The translations under genes and the position numbers were made by a program. From assembly GCA_018371855.1 (NCBI GenBank), contig JAHAKD010000001.1, positions 219,478 through 283,477 on the forward strand: a stretch of 64,000 nt of DNA, in the 5' to 3' direction. The notes below the pieces were generated by a model. That model had not been told where the DNA came from. It saw only the letters and a list, made by a program, of their open reading frames with translations, and did no database searches. Origin of the DNA: Clostridium sp. (GTDB lineage Bacteria > Bacillota > Clostridia > TANB77 > CAG-508). How positions within the stretch are numbered: the first letter of the stretch is position 1; every line of letters starts with the position of its first letter. Positions 36,751 through 46,933 of the stretch are shown here, piece by piece.

Positions 36751-38580
36751 GTGAAAAAAGTAGAAATAGAGCAAATACCAATTAATAATGACTTATTAAA
36801 CTTAATTACTCCACAGGGGATAGTTCTAAAATACAATAAAGTACAACTAGGGGAGATTACATCTAAACTTCAATATGTTGCAGGTTATCCTTCTACTGTA
36901 AATTTAGGCTGGCTAAGTAATTTAAAAGATATTCCAAATACTACTGTTTCTTTAACTGTTACACCAATAGAAGATGTTCAGGCTTATGTAGATGGTGTTT
37001 CAAAAGGTATTACAGCATTAAGAAATACTTTAAACTCTACACAAAATGAAGCAACAAGGCAAATGTGCGAATTTAAAATTGCTTCTGCAGAAAGAATTAT
37101 CAAAGATATTACTGTAGATAATATTCCATACATAAATCTTTCAATTATTTTCAAAACAAATGGTGAAACAGATCAAGATTTCCAAAACAATGTGAAATTA
37201 ATAAAAAATAGAGTTGCAGGTATGGGATTAAAAGCAAGAGTTCCAGCATATTTACAAAAAGAAGCTTTAAAACAATCTGCTCCATACGATACATCATATA
37301 AAGAAATAACAGATATTTCTAATAAGACTATGAGCTTAAATGCTTTATTTTCAGGATTACCATTTAGTGGCTCTGGATTAATTGACGCAGAAGGTTATTA
37401 TATTGGAGTAGATGAAAATGGCAGAATGGTAGCTCCTTCATTTTTCTTTAAAGGAAATGATAGAACAAACTCAAATATTATAATTGAAGGTTCTTCTGGC
37501 TCTGGTAAATCATTCTTAGCAAAAAAGATTATGCTAAATGAATATTTAAATGGAACAAAAATATGGATAATAGATCCAGAGTCTGAATATCGACCAATCT
37601 GTAAACTATTAGGTGGAAAATGGATTGACTGTTCAGGTGGAGAAGGAGAATTTGTTGGAAGAATAAATCCACTTCAAATAAATCCTGTTCCTACAGCTGG
37701 CTTTGAAGATGAGGAAGAAGATAGTGAATACAATACAACAAAATCAGCATTAGCTTTGCACTTAGATTTCTTAACTACATTCTTTAAATTATATTATCCA
37801 GAAATTACATCACTTGAAATGAGCTTGCTTAACGAAACTTTGGAAGAATTATATAAAAGTTTTGGAATAAATTATGATACAGATATTACAAATTTTAAAA
37901 CTATTCAATTTCCAATTATGCAAGACTTATATAGTTTATTAGAGGAAAAAGTAAAAGAAAAGAGTAATCACCAAAAAGAATATGAAGAATTAAGAGCAGC
38001 ATTAAGACAAATGGCAATAGGAAACAATAGTGAAATATTTAACGGACATACAACAATACAATTTGATTCAGATTTTATTTGCTTAGATGTATATTCTCTT
38101 CAAGGAGCAAGTGAAAACGTTAAAAGATGTCAATATTTTAATATTTTAAGATACTGCCAAGATCAATCATTTAAAGATAGAAGAGAAAGAGATTTAGTAT
38201 TCTGTGATGAAGCATATTTGCTTATTGATAAAAAAGTTCCTCAATCAATAGAATTTATGAGAAATTTTTGTAAAAGAGCAAGAAAATATGAATCTGGCTT
38301 AGTTACAATTACACAAAGTTTAGTAGATTTCTTAGCTCCAGAAGTAAAACAATACGGACAGGCTTTGCTTGATAACTCTACATATAAATTTTTCTTTGGA
38401 ATAGATGGTAAAGACCTTGAAGAAGTTGTCGACTTGTATAATTTAAATACAGAAGAAAAAGCAATACTTTCACAAAAAGAAAAAGGACGTGGCTTATTCT
38501 TCGTAGGTTCAGGACATCAATTAATAAATGTTAAACCTTTAGAATTTGAAATGCCTTATTTAGTTGGTGGTGGTAGATAA
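36751..38580 (+). CDS. virB4: VirB4-family T4SS ATPase
   Basis: Walker A GSSGSGKSF. Walker B LVFCDEAYLL. The N-domain pattern YVAGYPSTVNLGWLSNL is typical of Gram-positive VirB4 (PrgJ/TrsE-like). GTG start after GGAGGG. Confidence 0.85.
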   Translation: MKKVEIEQIPINNDLLNLITPQGIVLKYNKVQLGEITSKLQYVAGYPSTVNLGWLSNLKDIPNTTVSLTVTPIEDVQAYVDGVSKGITALRNTLNSTQNEATRQMCEFKIASAERIIKDITVDNIPYINLSIIFKTNGETDQDFQNNVKLIKNRVAGMGLKARVPAYLQKEALKQSAPYDTSYKEITDISNKTMSLNALFSGLPFSGSGLIDAEGYYIGVDENGRMVAPSFFFKGNDRTNSNIIIEGSSGSGKSFLAKKIMLNEYLNGTKIWIIDPESEYRPICKLLGGKWIDCSGGEGEFVGRINPLQINPVPTAGFEDEEEDSEYNTTKSALALHLDFLTTFFKLYYPEITSLEMSLLNETLEELYKSFGINYDTDITNFKTIQFPIMQDLYSLLEEKVKEKSNHQKEYEELRAALRQMAIGNNSEIFNGHTTIQFDSDFICLDVYSLQGASENVKRCQYFNILRYCQDQSFKDRRERDLVFCDEAYLLIDKKVPQSIEFMRNFCKRARKYESGLVTITQSLVDFLAPEVKQYGQALLDNSTYKFFFGIDGKDLEEVVDLYNLNTEEKAILSQKEKGRGLFFVGSGHQLINVKPLEFEMPYLVGGGR

Positions 38581-38581
38581 T

Positions 38582-39289
38582 ATGGAAGAAAACAATGGAA
38601 ATGTGTTCGATACACTTTTTAGCTTAGGTAGAAGCTTAAAAACTAAACTTATTATAGGAATATTTATGGGAGGCTTTATATTTATTATCTTCTTTGTTTT
38701 GATAATTGGTACAGCTTTTGCTTCTGATAAAGATAAAAATGAGGGTGCAGATTCAAGTGGAAATGAATATTCAGATACTGATAATACTTCTGGAAGTTCA
38801 GAAGTAGGAGAAATTATAAATCAAGATGGATTAAGTTGGATAGGAAGCGACCATACATTTTGTTCACCTGTTCAAACACTAACTGGTATAGGTTCAGGAT
38901 TTGGTAAAAAAGGTTCGGCATGGAGTTTAGGGTATCACACAGGACTTGATTTATTTGGAAATCCTAGAACGAATATAGTAGCTGTATATCCTGGAAAAGT
39001 AGTACAAGCAATAAATGCAGGAAGCTATGGAAATCATGTTGTAATAGAACATAATTATAATGGATTTAAGTTTTATACTTTATATGCACACATGACAGCA
39101 GGTTCTCTTAAAGTCAAAACAGGTCAAGAAGTCCAACAAGGGCAAGTTTTAGGAGTAATTGGTCAAACAGGTAATGCTTTTGGTATTCATTGTCATTTTG
39201 AAGTAAGATACCCACAAAATGCTTTTCAATCTTCTTCACTTCATGATCCTATATCAGAACTATATAATGGTGGAATAAAAAATAGATAG
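38582..39289 (+). CDS. Membrane-anchored M23/LytM peptidoglycan hydrolase
   Basis: HTGLDL, HVVIEH and HCHFEV motifs with an N-terminal TM helix. The ORF track starts at 38564. Confidence 0.8.
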   Translation: MEENNGNVFDTLFSLGRSLKTKLIIGIFMGGFIFIIFFVLIIGTAFASDKDKNEGADSSGNEYSDTDNTSGSSEVGEIINQDGLSWIGSDHTFCSPVQTLTGIGSGFGKKGSAWSLGYHTGLDLFGNPRTNIVAVYPGKVVQAINAGSYGNHVVIEHNYNGFKFYTLYAHMTAGSLKVKTGQEVQQGQVLGVIGQTGNAFGIHCHFEVRYPQNAFQSSSLHDPISELYNGGIKNR

Positions 39290-39305
39290 AAAGGAGGATT
39301 TTAAA

Positions 39306-39764
39306 TTGGATAAAAAAGATTTAAAAAAGCAATTAATTATATTAAGTATTATTTTAGTAATAGTAATAGGTGTAGCAATATTTGTAAATGTAGCTTTAAA
39401 TAATAAAGAACAAAACACAAATACTAATACTGTTACGGATTTAAATGGAAATCAAACAAGTATGCAAGATGTTAAGATAAATGGATATACAAAAGAACAA
39501 ATAGAAAACATGAAACCATTGCTTAATACAGACGCATATCAAAAATATATGGAAACATTTAATGCGATAGAAAATGGCTCAATTCCTTATCAAGAAAATT
39601 TTAAATTAGATATTGATGAGCAAGAAAATACGACTGACAATAATATTGTAGACAATACAACTTCAGGCATAAATGAAGCAGAGCAAAATGGAGATTACTC
39701 ATTTCTAACTATAAATGGTGAACAAACTGATATAAAAGTTTATGACAATGTAGAAGGAGATTAA
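39306..39764 (+). CDS. Membrane-anchored T4SS-operon protein
   Basis: TTG start 7 nt after GGAGGA. N-terminal TM helix. Confidence 0.55.
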   Translation: MDKKDLKKQLIILSIILVIVIGVAIFVNVALNNKEQNTNTNTVTDLNGNQTSMQDVKINGYTKEQIENMKPLLNTDAYQKYMETFNAIENGSIPYQENFKLDIDEQENTTDNNIVDNTTSGINEAEQNGDYSFLTINGEQTDIKVYDNVEGD

Positions 39765-39765
39765 T

Positions 39766-40047
39766 ATGCTGGAAATTTTAACAAATATTTTAAATGTAAT
39801 TTTAAAATTCAAGATACTAGAAGCCATTATACCTTTAATTTTATTAATGATTATTGTATGGCTTTTAGGTGGTAATAGAAATATTATATTAGGACTATTA
39901 TTTAATACAATTTTTGGATTTATATTTTTAATACTTTTAAGATTAATTGGATTTATAACAGTTATAACCTCTATTGATGTAATAATAGTATCTATTGGAG
40001 GAATAATTGGAATTATTTATATTTTAGTTAAAAGTATTATATTTTAA
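39766..40047 (+). CDS. Small polytopic membrane protein
   Basis: 93 aa and almost entirely hydrophobic. RBS AGGAGA. Confidence 0.6.
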   Translation: MLEILTNILNVILKFKILEAIIPLILLMIIVWLLGGNRNIILGLLFNTIFGFIFLILLRLIGFITVITSIDVIIVSIGGIIGIIYILVKSIIF

Positions 40048-40073
40048 AAAAAGGAAGGAGAGAAATATAGGAA

Positions 40074-41204
40074 ATGAAAAGAAATTTTAAAAGTTTAGTG
40101 ATAGTTACAAGTCTAACAGTAGTTAGCATGGGAATTATCGCATTAAATAATATTAGTCTTGCATTTACAGAAAATCAATTAGAACTTAATGGAGATACAT
40201 TAAAAAGAAGTTTCTTTGTAGAATCAGATGATGAAATAAATTTTAAAACATTTATAAATTCAGATAATAACAAGACATACCAAGATGAAGAAGGAAACAC
40301 TTATACCATTCATGATGTAATAGCAACGGAAAGTGATACTAACGCTAAAGAAGTAAGTGATACAAAAACATTAAATAATCTTACTACAAATGACCAAACA
40401 GCAATTTTAAATCAAGCAGGAGATACGTTAATCTATGATAAAGACGGATTTTTTGGAACTTTAAACTATAGTAATATGGATATTCAAGAAATAGACACAG
40501 GCACTTACGAAAGATTATTGTCATTAAATATTCCTTTTTCAGGATATTCTAAAAATGATTTAAATAATATATCAAAAACTATAACAAGGAACGGAAGAAA
40601 TTGGACTTTAATTAATGTAGACTGGACTCCAGATAGTATGCAAAATGTAGATGGAAGTCAAGTTCCTGTAACATATTCAGGAACTATGCATTATCAAACT
40701 GTAGGTGTATTTTCAAATCCAAAACAATATAATGTAACAATAACTTATACAGGAACAGTAAATAAAGAGAATCCAGATTATATTTATACAGCAACTTATA
40801 AAAAAGAAATGCCTGTAGAAGCACCTGTAGAAGAAAAAACAAATTATACACCTATAATAATTACTCTATCAGGTGCAGGAGTTGTACTATTAATAATCTT
40901 ATTATACTTCTTATCAAGAAATGCTAAAATTTATAGTAAAAATGCTAATGGAAACTATGAATTAGTAAAGAAAGTACATATTAGTAGTAATAATCCTAAA
41001 ATAGATCTATCATCTCTATCTAGTTGCACTAGCAAAGTTTCAAATGGTGTAATTTATATAAGTAATTCACCATCGAACTTATATAAAGTTTCTTTAAAAG
41101 ATTCACTTTTCAATAAAGTTTCTGGAAAAGATTTAGAAATTAAACTAACTAATATTTCTAAAAAAATAAGAATTGTAAATAAAAATATTGAATTTAAAAT
41201 TTAA
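40074..41204 (+). CDS. Secreted/membrane-anchored T4SS-operon protein
   Basis: Signal peptide and a C-proximal TM helix (IIITLSGAGVVLLIILLYFL). Confidence 0.6.
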   Translation: MKRNFKSLVIVTSLTVVSMGIIALNNISLAFTENQLELNGDTLKRSFFVESDDEINFKTFINSDNNKTYQDEEGNTYTIHDVIATESDTNAKEVSDTKTLNNLTTNDQTAILNQAGDTLIYDKDGFFGTLNYSNMDIQEIDTGTYERLLSLNIPFSGYSKNDLNNISKTITRNGRNWTLINVDWTPDSMQNVDGSQVPVTYSGTMHYQTVGVFSNPKQYNVTITYTGTVNKENPDYIYTATYKKEMPVEAPVEEKTNYTPIIITLSGAGVVLLIILLYFLSRNAKIYSKNANGNYELVKKVHISSNNPKIDLSSLSSCTSKVSNGVIYISNSPSNLYKVSLKDSLFNKVSGKDLEIKLTNISKKIRIVNKNIEFKI

Positions 41205-41226
41205 TTGCTTAGAGGTGAATATAGTT

Positions 41227-41550
41227 ATGGATTATCTAGAAGAAAAGAAAGATAATAATTTTATGAATCTAGTTGAATTATTACATTACTTATATATTGA
41301 CGCAAATAACTTAGCAACTCCAGAAACAGAAAAAGAATTATCAGAAGAAGCAAAATTTAATCCTCTTGTATTAGAATATAAACTTGCTAGAGTTTACTAC
41401 GAAAATGATCCAAAAGGATTAAATGATTATAAGAAACAAATGATAGACAGATTTTCAGCTAATGAATATATTCAAGCAACAAGAATTTTCAGTTTAACTT
41501 ATTTAGATAAATATTCAGAAAATTTTACTGATGATGAATTAGAAGTTTAG
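41227..41550 (+). CDS. Small protein with variant acidic tail (TDDELEV)
   Basis: ATG 41227 after AGAGGTGAATATAGTT. Confidence 0.5.
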   Translation: MDYLEEKKDNNFMNLVELLHYLYIDANNLATPETEKELSEEAKFNPLVLEYKLARVYYENDPKGLNDYKKQMIDRFSANEYIQATRIFSLTYLDKYSENFTDDELEV

Positions 41551-41570
41551 GGGAAAGGAGAGAACAGCAA

Positions 41571-41864
41571 ATGAAAAAATATTATTATAACATAAAAGAT
41601 ACTTATATAAAATTTTGGAAAAATACTAATAATAAATTTTATGATTTAGAACTATATGATAAAAACTTCATAAGATTTTACAACGGTAAAATAAAATTTT
41701 CTCCATTACCGGTTCCTTTAACTAATAAAATCTGTATTAATAAAATTCTAAAAGAAATTTTAGCATACTTAAATATTTCTAAAGATGAATTTAAAAATAT
41801 CGTTGAGATAAAAAATAAAGAAACAATAGATAAATTAGAAAATATTGAAGTTAGAATTGAATAA
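41571..41864 (+). CDS. Hypothetical protein
   Basis: 97 aa with RBS AAGGAGAG. Confidence 0.55.
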   Translation: MKKYYYNIKDTYIKFWKNTNNKFYDLELYDKNFIRFYNGKIKFSPLPVPLTNKICINKILKEILAYLNISKDEFKNIVEIKNKETIDKLENIEVRIE

Positions 41865-41874
41865 TTGTAAATGA

Positions 41875-41906
41875 AAGCAACTATTGAACTATATAGTTGC
41901 TTTTTT
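41875..41906 (+). terminator. Terminator (GCAACTAT...ATAGTTGC family)
   Basis: AAGCAACTAT-N8-ATAGTTGCTT followed by a T-run. Confidence 0.65.
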
Positions 41907-41912
41907 AAAAAA

Positions 41913-41938
41913 ACGACGCACGAGAATCAATTTTAAGC
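41913..41938 (+). repeat. GC-rich motif ACGACGCACGAGAATCAATTTTAAGC, copy 1
   Basis: Also present at 61920-61943 (+) and 62684-62707 (-). Confidence 0.7.
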
Positions 41939-41981
41939 GATTTTAAATAATAAGCAATATAAGTTTAAGGGGGAAATTAAA

Positions 41982-43052
41982 ATGAATAAAAAAGATTTAA
42001 ACAGATATTATGAATTTATAAATAAATATGAAGCTTATACCAAGAATAGACTAAAAAGTTTTAGTTCTAAAGATGAGGAAGAAGGATTTTTAAAATTTAT
42101 AGATGAGATGAAAAAAAATAGTGAAACTATAAAAGAAGAATGTTTTAATCATTTTTTAAACATGGCAAATATTGATGAAGATAAAATAATGAAAGCATTT
42201 AGATTTGATAGTAGATTTGGAGATGTCTTTATTAGTGAAGATAACATATATGGAAAAGCAAAAGATATAATTGATTATTTTGAAAATGAATTTGCTCATT
42301 CTGCTGAATATTTTAATGAAGAAGATGAAGAAGAAAAAGAAAATTTTGAAAATATGTTAAAAGAAACTATTGAAGAATTAAAAAATACAAAAGAAAAATA
42401 TGTTGTAATGGGTATTCACCCAATGGACGGACAATTCCATATTTTAGATACAGAAGAAGAGCTATACGAATTAATCTCACTTGCAAAAGAAGCACAAGAT
42501 GAAATAAATAAAACTATGGAAAAGGAAGAATTTCATATTGTAAATAGAAAAGATGAAGAACATTACTTTAGAATAGATCTAAAAGATAATTCTAGTTGTT
42601 ATGTAGCAATTACAGATGATATTGAATCTATTGCAAGACAAGATGTAATTAGTGAAGCTCTAAATGATAACCTAATTACAGAAGGCGAATTAGATAACAT
42701 AGCAGAAATATCAGCTATTGCAAAAACAGAATTTGAATGTATGAAAAGTCATAATAGAAATTATCCATGTACTACTTATAAAGACTTATTAAATAGAATT
42801 TTAGGTGATTGTAATGTAGGAATAAATAGTAAAGAAGCAAGAGATAAGATTGATGAAAATACAAAGAATTTGGATAAAAAAGAAACTATAAATTCTTTAG
42901 AAATTAATGAAATAAAATTATATATTTTAGGATTAGGCGATGAACAATTTTATGTAACAAGAAATTCTAATGAAGTATTTAATAAAGCACAATTACTTGA
43001 TAGTATCGAACAGGAAAAATCAAGAGAAAGTGAAGAGGAGGAAGAAATTTAA
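41982..43052 (+). CDS. Acidic-tail protein (SEEEEEI), function unknown
   Basis: 356 aa with RBS AGGGGGA. Confidence 0.65.
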   Translation: MNKKDLNRYYEFINKYEAYTKNRLKSFSSKDEEEGFLKFIDEMKKNSETIKEECFNHFLNMANIDEDKIMKAFRFDSRFGDVFISEDNIYGKAKDIIDYFENEFAHSAEYFNEEDEEEKENFENMLKETIEELKNTKEKYVVMGIHPMDGQFHILDTEEELYELISLAKEAQDEINKTMEKEEFHIVNRKDEEHYFRIDLKDNSSCYVAITDDIESIARQDVISEALNDNLITEGELDNIAEISAIAKTEFECMKSHNRNYPCTTYKDLLNRILGDCNVGINSKEARDKIDENTKNLDKKETINSLEINEIKLYILGLGDEQFYVTRNSNEVFNKAQLLDSIEQEKSRESEEEEEI

Positions 43053-43053
43053 G

Positions 43054-44280
43054 ATGAATAATAATATTAAATTAGAAGAAGGAAAAATTTATAAAGGTGA
43101 AAATGGAATTAATTATTTTGTTATACAAAGTAGAAAAAATATAGCATTACTAAAAGCAGATGAATACGTTATAGCCAATGGAACAATGCAAGATAATAAT
43201 ACAAATGAAATTTCATGGAATTATGGAAGTTACTATAATAATTTACTTAGTGGAACATTAAAATTTAATGATATTGCACTATCTGAACAAGAAAAAATTC
43301 AAGACTTAAAACAAGGATTAAATGAAGTTGATAATTATACTCTATTTTCTAGTGTAGTTGAACATATTCAAAATAAAGATAAATACATAATAACAGATAA
43401 TGATTTAATAAAATTAAGAAATCTTTATGAATTTGAAGCAGAGGAAGATATTAAATCATTAATACCTGATAACATAAAGAATACGGAGCATGAATTAAAT
43501 TTTGATAATATAAAAAAAGAAATAATAGATTATTTAAAGGAAATGGATATAGATCTAAATAAAATTCCAGAAAAAAAGATTGAAGAAATGGCAGAAGATG
43601 TATTTAAATATAGCATTGATACAAATGATACTCCAAGTAATCTTATTTGGGCAGTTGATTATTTTAGAGAAGATATAGACAAGTTAAAAGAAGAAAAGAA
43701 ACAAAACAAAAGCTATTTACCATATATTATAGAAAAAAGTAAAGATATTTCTTTAGTTAAATATTTATCAAAAGAAACTCTATATTCTGTTGAAATTCAA
43801 AATAAAGACATTGGTATGTCTATATATATGGGAACAGATTTTAATAAAGCAAAAGAAATTTACGAAAAGGAAAAATTATTTATGAATATTCAAAAAGCTT
43901 CTAATAATATCTTGAATAATGCTGATGTAGAAGTCTATCGAGAAAAACTAAATAAAGCTGTAATTGGAACTAATTTTTTATTAGGAAGAAAATCTACATT
44001 AATAGAATATTTACAAAATGAGTTATCAAATGCTGATAAAGATTTTTATGAATATAACAATAATGAAAAAGAAGATTTTAAACAAAAAACCGAAAAAATC
44101 TTAAATGAATTAAAACAAGAAAAAAATTCTTTAGAACCTATGTATTTATATGTAAATCCTATAAATAAAAATTATGAAATAGCAAATTCCGAACAAACAA
44201 TAAATAAATTAAATGAATTGAATACCAAAGTAAATGAATATACAAACGAATCAGAGGAAAGTGAGGAAGATGAACTATGA
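43054..44280 (+). CDS. Acidic-tail protein (ESEEDEL); paralog of 55044-55691
   Basis: ATG lies 1 nt after the previous stop, with the SD GAGGAGGA inside the upstream tail codons. The NEVDNYTLFSSVVEH and IDYLKEMDIDLNKIPEKKIEEM blocks are shared with 55044-55691. Confidence 0.65.
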   Translation: MNNNIKLEEGKIYKGENGINYFVIQSRKNIALLKADEYVIANGTMQDNNTNEISWNYGSYYNNLLSGTLKFNDIALSEQEKIQDLKQGLNEVDNYTLFSSVVEHIQNKDKYIITDNDLIKLRNLYEFEAEEDIKSLIPDNIKNTEHELNFDNIKKEIIDYLKEMDIDLNKIPEKKIEEMAEDVFKYSIDTNDTPSNLIWAVDYFREDIDKLKEEKKQNKSYLPYIIEKSKDISLVKYLSKETLYSVEIQNKDIGMSIYMGTDFNKAKEIYEKEKLFMNIQKASNNILNNADVEVYREKLNKAVIGTNFLLGRKSTLIEYLQNELSNADKDFYEYNNNEKEDFKQKTEKILNELKQEKNSLEPMYLYVNPINKNYEIANSEQTINKLNELNTKVNEYTNESEESEEDEL

Positions 44281-45509
44281 ACATAAAAATAGGAAAATTT
44301 AATTTTATTAACAATAGAGAAAATAGAATATTCTTAAGTGGATATAACATTGATGAACGATTATTTAATTATTTCTATTTAGATGGAAAAGAAGATACCC
44401 TTTATGTAAGTTCAAGAGATAATTTTGATAAAATAAATGATTTTAAATATAATAATTATTCAGAATTTGACTTAGAAAGAAAATTATCAAAGAATTTTCT
44501 TGTTCTTGACTATAATATGGAAATAAAAAATGCTGTAAATAGATTTATAAATGATAAAGCTAGACAAATTTATAGAACAGAATCATATTCACGTTATAAG
44601 TTATACAAAGATATTTCTTTAAGTGAAATACTTTCAGTAGATAAAAATTCTAAATTTTCTTTAAGACATACTTACGATTCTTATATAGATGTAGAAGATA
44701 ATAAAATAATAGTAGATGGAATAAAATTAGATCCTTACACACAAGTCATTTTAAATTTAGAAGATTTTTATAAAAATGGAAGATTTAATAATGAAATAAA
44801 AGCAACTTTAATAAAATTAGAATTGCAAGATAATATAGCTCCTAAATTCGTTTCAACTTTAATTGAAATTAATAGTTTTTTACAAAATAAAAATTCTGTA
44901 AATATATTATTTAATGATTGTGAAAAAGCTAAAATCGAACCTAGTTGTGGATCGTTTCTATATTTTGGGCATAATTATATAGAATTATCATTAACAGAAA
45001 AAACATGTAATTCATTGAAAAAAACAAACTCTAATATTAATCCAAATAATTTAAAATTAGGAGATTTACAGGGTTTATCTTATGGTAAAGAAGTATTAAA
45101 TATTGAATCAAAAAATTTAAAAAATATTGTAAATCAAATAGTTATTTCTCCTAAAGATAAATTATTCTATAGATTAGATGTATTAGAAAAAAATATAAAT
45201 GAAGATTATAGTAATATTTATAATGAAAATATAAATCTAAATTTACCATCTGATTTAAAAACACTTAAAAACTTAGATGAATTAGAAAGTATAACTTATG
45301 GTACAGGAGTTAAAGAAATAGATAATAAAATAAGTGATTTATCAAAAAAACTATATGACATAAATATTATTAGAAATACTAATAATGTCGAAGAATTTAA
45401 TTATGCAATAAAAGATTTAAATGATTATGAACTAAATTCTATTGCAAATATAAAATCGTACATAATTTCTAATGAGGAAAGTGAAGAAACAGAGGAAGAT
45501 GAATTATGA
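44277..45509 (+). CDS. Acidic-tail protein (ETEEDEL), function unknown
   Basis: 410 aa with ATGA-coupled start. Confidence 0.65.
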   Translation: MNIKIGKFNFINNRENRIFLSGYNIDERLFNYFYLDGKEDTLYVSSRDNFDKINDFKYNNYSEFDLERKLSKNFLVLDYNMEIKNAVNRFINDKARQIYRTESYSRYKLYKDISLSEILSVDKNSKFSLRHTYDSYIDVEDNKIIVDGIKLDPYTQVILNLEDFYKNGRFNNEIKATLIKLELQDNIAPKFVSTLIEINSFLQNKNSVNILFNDCEKAKIEPSCGSFLYFGHNYIELSLTEKTCNSLKKTNSNINPNNLKLGDLQGLSYGKEVLNIESKNLKNIVNQIVISPKDKLFYRLDVLEKNINEDYSNIYNENINLNLPSDLKTLKNLDELESITYGTGVKEIDNKISDLSKKLYDINIIRNTNNVEEFNYAIKDLNDYELNSIANIKSYIISNEESEETEEDEL

Positions 45510-45778
45510 TTTTCAAAACAAATGATTATGAAAAATTTCTATTAAAACTTTCTGAAATCTTAAATTTTAATTATGATAAAGAAACAAATTTAGAACTCTC
45601 TAAAAGAATATATAAAAGAGCTAAACTTATTGGGATAATAAGAAAAAATGATCTTAAATGTAAAATATATGAAATAAAAATGAATAATAAAAATATTTCT
45701 ATTTCAATATATCAATATGAAAATAACATTAAATATTATACTTTAAAATTGAATGATACTTTATTTAAAAACAATTAA
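45506..45778 (+). CDS. Hypothetical protein (no tail)
   Basis: 90 aa with ATGA-coupled start. Confidence 0.55.
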   Translation: MIFKTNDYEKFLLKLSEILNFNYDKETNLELSKRIYKRAKLIGIIRKNDLKCKIYEIKMNNKNISISIYQYENNIKYYTLKLNDTLFKNN

Positions 45779-45786
45779 AATTTCTT

Positions 45787-45876
45787 TTTAAATATTTAAA
45801 ACATTTTAATTAAATAAAACAATGCAATATTTTTGAAATATTTTTATCAAAAACTACGTTTTTTTATCTATATAAT
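45787..45876 (+). promoter_or_regulatory. Conserved promoter/operator cassette, subtype II (P7)
   Basis: TTTAAATATTTAAA...AATGCAATATTTTTGAAATATTTTTATCAAAAACTACG...TATAAT. Confidence 0.6.
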
Positions 45877-45915
45877 TTTATTATTAAAATAAAAAAGTAA
45901 AGGAGAGATTTAGTT

Positions 45916-46170
45916 ATGGAAAATGAACAAAAAAGAAGTAAATTTATTGAAATTGCAAATAGGAGAGTAGGAGATATATTACATAAAGTAAATAATTTAA
46001 AACCTCTTGCAAATACTACTAGTTATTCTTATACTCAAAAAGATGTAGATAAAATATTTGGAGCTATTGAAAATGCAGTAGCAAATGTAAAAGAATCTTT
46101 TAAACCAAAAGATAATAAAAAAGAAGATGTATTTGATTTATTAAGTGATGACGAAGAAAGTGAGGATTAA
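45916..46170 (+). CDS. Small protein with loose acidic tail (SDDEESED)
   Basis: 84 aa with RBS AAGGAGAG. Confidence 0.6.
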   Translation: MENEQKRSKFIEIANRRVGDILHKVNNLKPLANTTSYSYTQKDVDKIFGAIENAVANVKESFKPKDNKKEDVFDLLSDDEESED

Positions 46171-46172
46171 AT

Positions 46173-46430
46173 ATGCAAGTTACAGACGTAAACGTAACTT
46201 TAAATACTGGAAGTAAAGTAAAAGCTACTGTAGATCTGGTTCTTGACAATGAACTTGAAATAACAGGAATTAGAATTGTTGAAGTATCAAATAATAAACT
46301 TTTAATTGCTTTTCCAAATAAAAGATATAAAGAAAAATTTTTAGATATTGCACACCCAATAAATTCTAGGACAAGAGAATATATACAAAAAGAAATATTA
46401 AAAAAATATAATAAAATGTTGAAAAAATAA
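46173..46430 (+). CDS. spoVG: SpoVG-family protein
   Basis: MQVTDVNVTL...ATVDLVLDNELEITGIRIVE...LIAFPNKRY...FLDIAHPINSRTREYIQKEIL aligns along its whole length with the canonical SpoVG pattern. Confidence 0.8.
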   Translation: MQVTDVNVTLNTGSKVKATVDLVLDNELEITGIRIVEVSNNKLLIAFPNKRYKEKFLDIAHPINSRTREYIQKEILKKYNKMLKK

Positions 46431-46535
46431 AATTTCTATACTATAATAATAATGTATTTTTTATATATTATAATTTTTTCTTTAGTGTCAATAAATATGA
46501 AAAAAGTAACAAATTTGTAAGAATGTTGTGCAAAG

Positions 46536-46568
46536 GAATCGAGAATTTATTTTCTTGATTCTTTTTTT
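46536..46568 (+). terminator. Rho-independent terminator
   Basis: GAATCGAGAA-N6-TTCTTGATTC followed by T7. Confidence 0.6.
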
Positions 46569-46656
46569 ATAAATTTATTCAGGAAATAGGATTTATTCTA
46601 ATTTTTGTGCTATAATAAAAAAGAATATAAGTTTAATAATAGGGGGAGATGATTAA

Positions 46657-46854
46657 ATGCCAGAAAACCCAGAATTAAGAAAAAAATGGAATAGAGATTA
46701 CGAAAATAAGAAAAAAGAACAATATGATAGAATGTTTATTAGAATTGATAAAAATTTAAAAAATAAATTTAAAGAAAAGATAGAAAAAGATAATAATTAT
46801 ACTGATATGAGCGACTTTATAATAAAAAATATAGAAAATTATTTAAAAAAATGA
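46657..46854 (+). CDS. Small ribbon-helix-helix-like protein
   Basis: RMFIRIDKNLKNKFKEKIE...MSDFIIKNIENYL is a CopG/Arc-like pattern. An extended -10 (TGCTATAAT) lies upstream. Confidence 0.45.
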   Translation: MPENPELRKKWNRDYENKKKEQYDRMFIRIDKNLKNKFKEKIEKDNNYTDMSDFIIKNIENYLKK

Positions 46855-46863
46855 AAAAAATTC

Positions 46864-46892
46864 TTGACTTCGTGCGTACGATATGCTATAAT
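46864..46892 (+). promoter_or_regulatory. Sigma-A-type promoter
   Basis: TTGACT-17 nt-TATAAT. Confidence 0.6.
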
Positions 46893-46933
46893 ATAATTAA
46901 TAAGATAAATATGGTATTAAGGGGGAATTTAAA

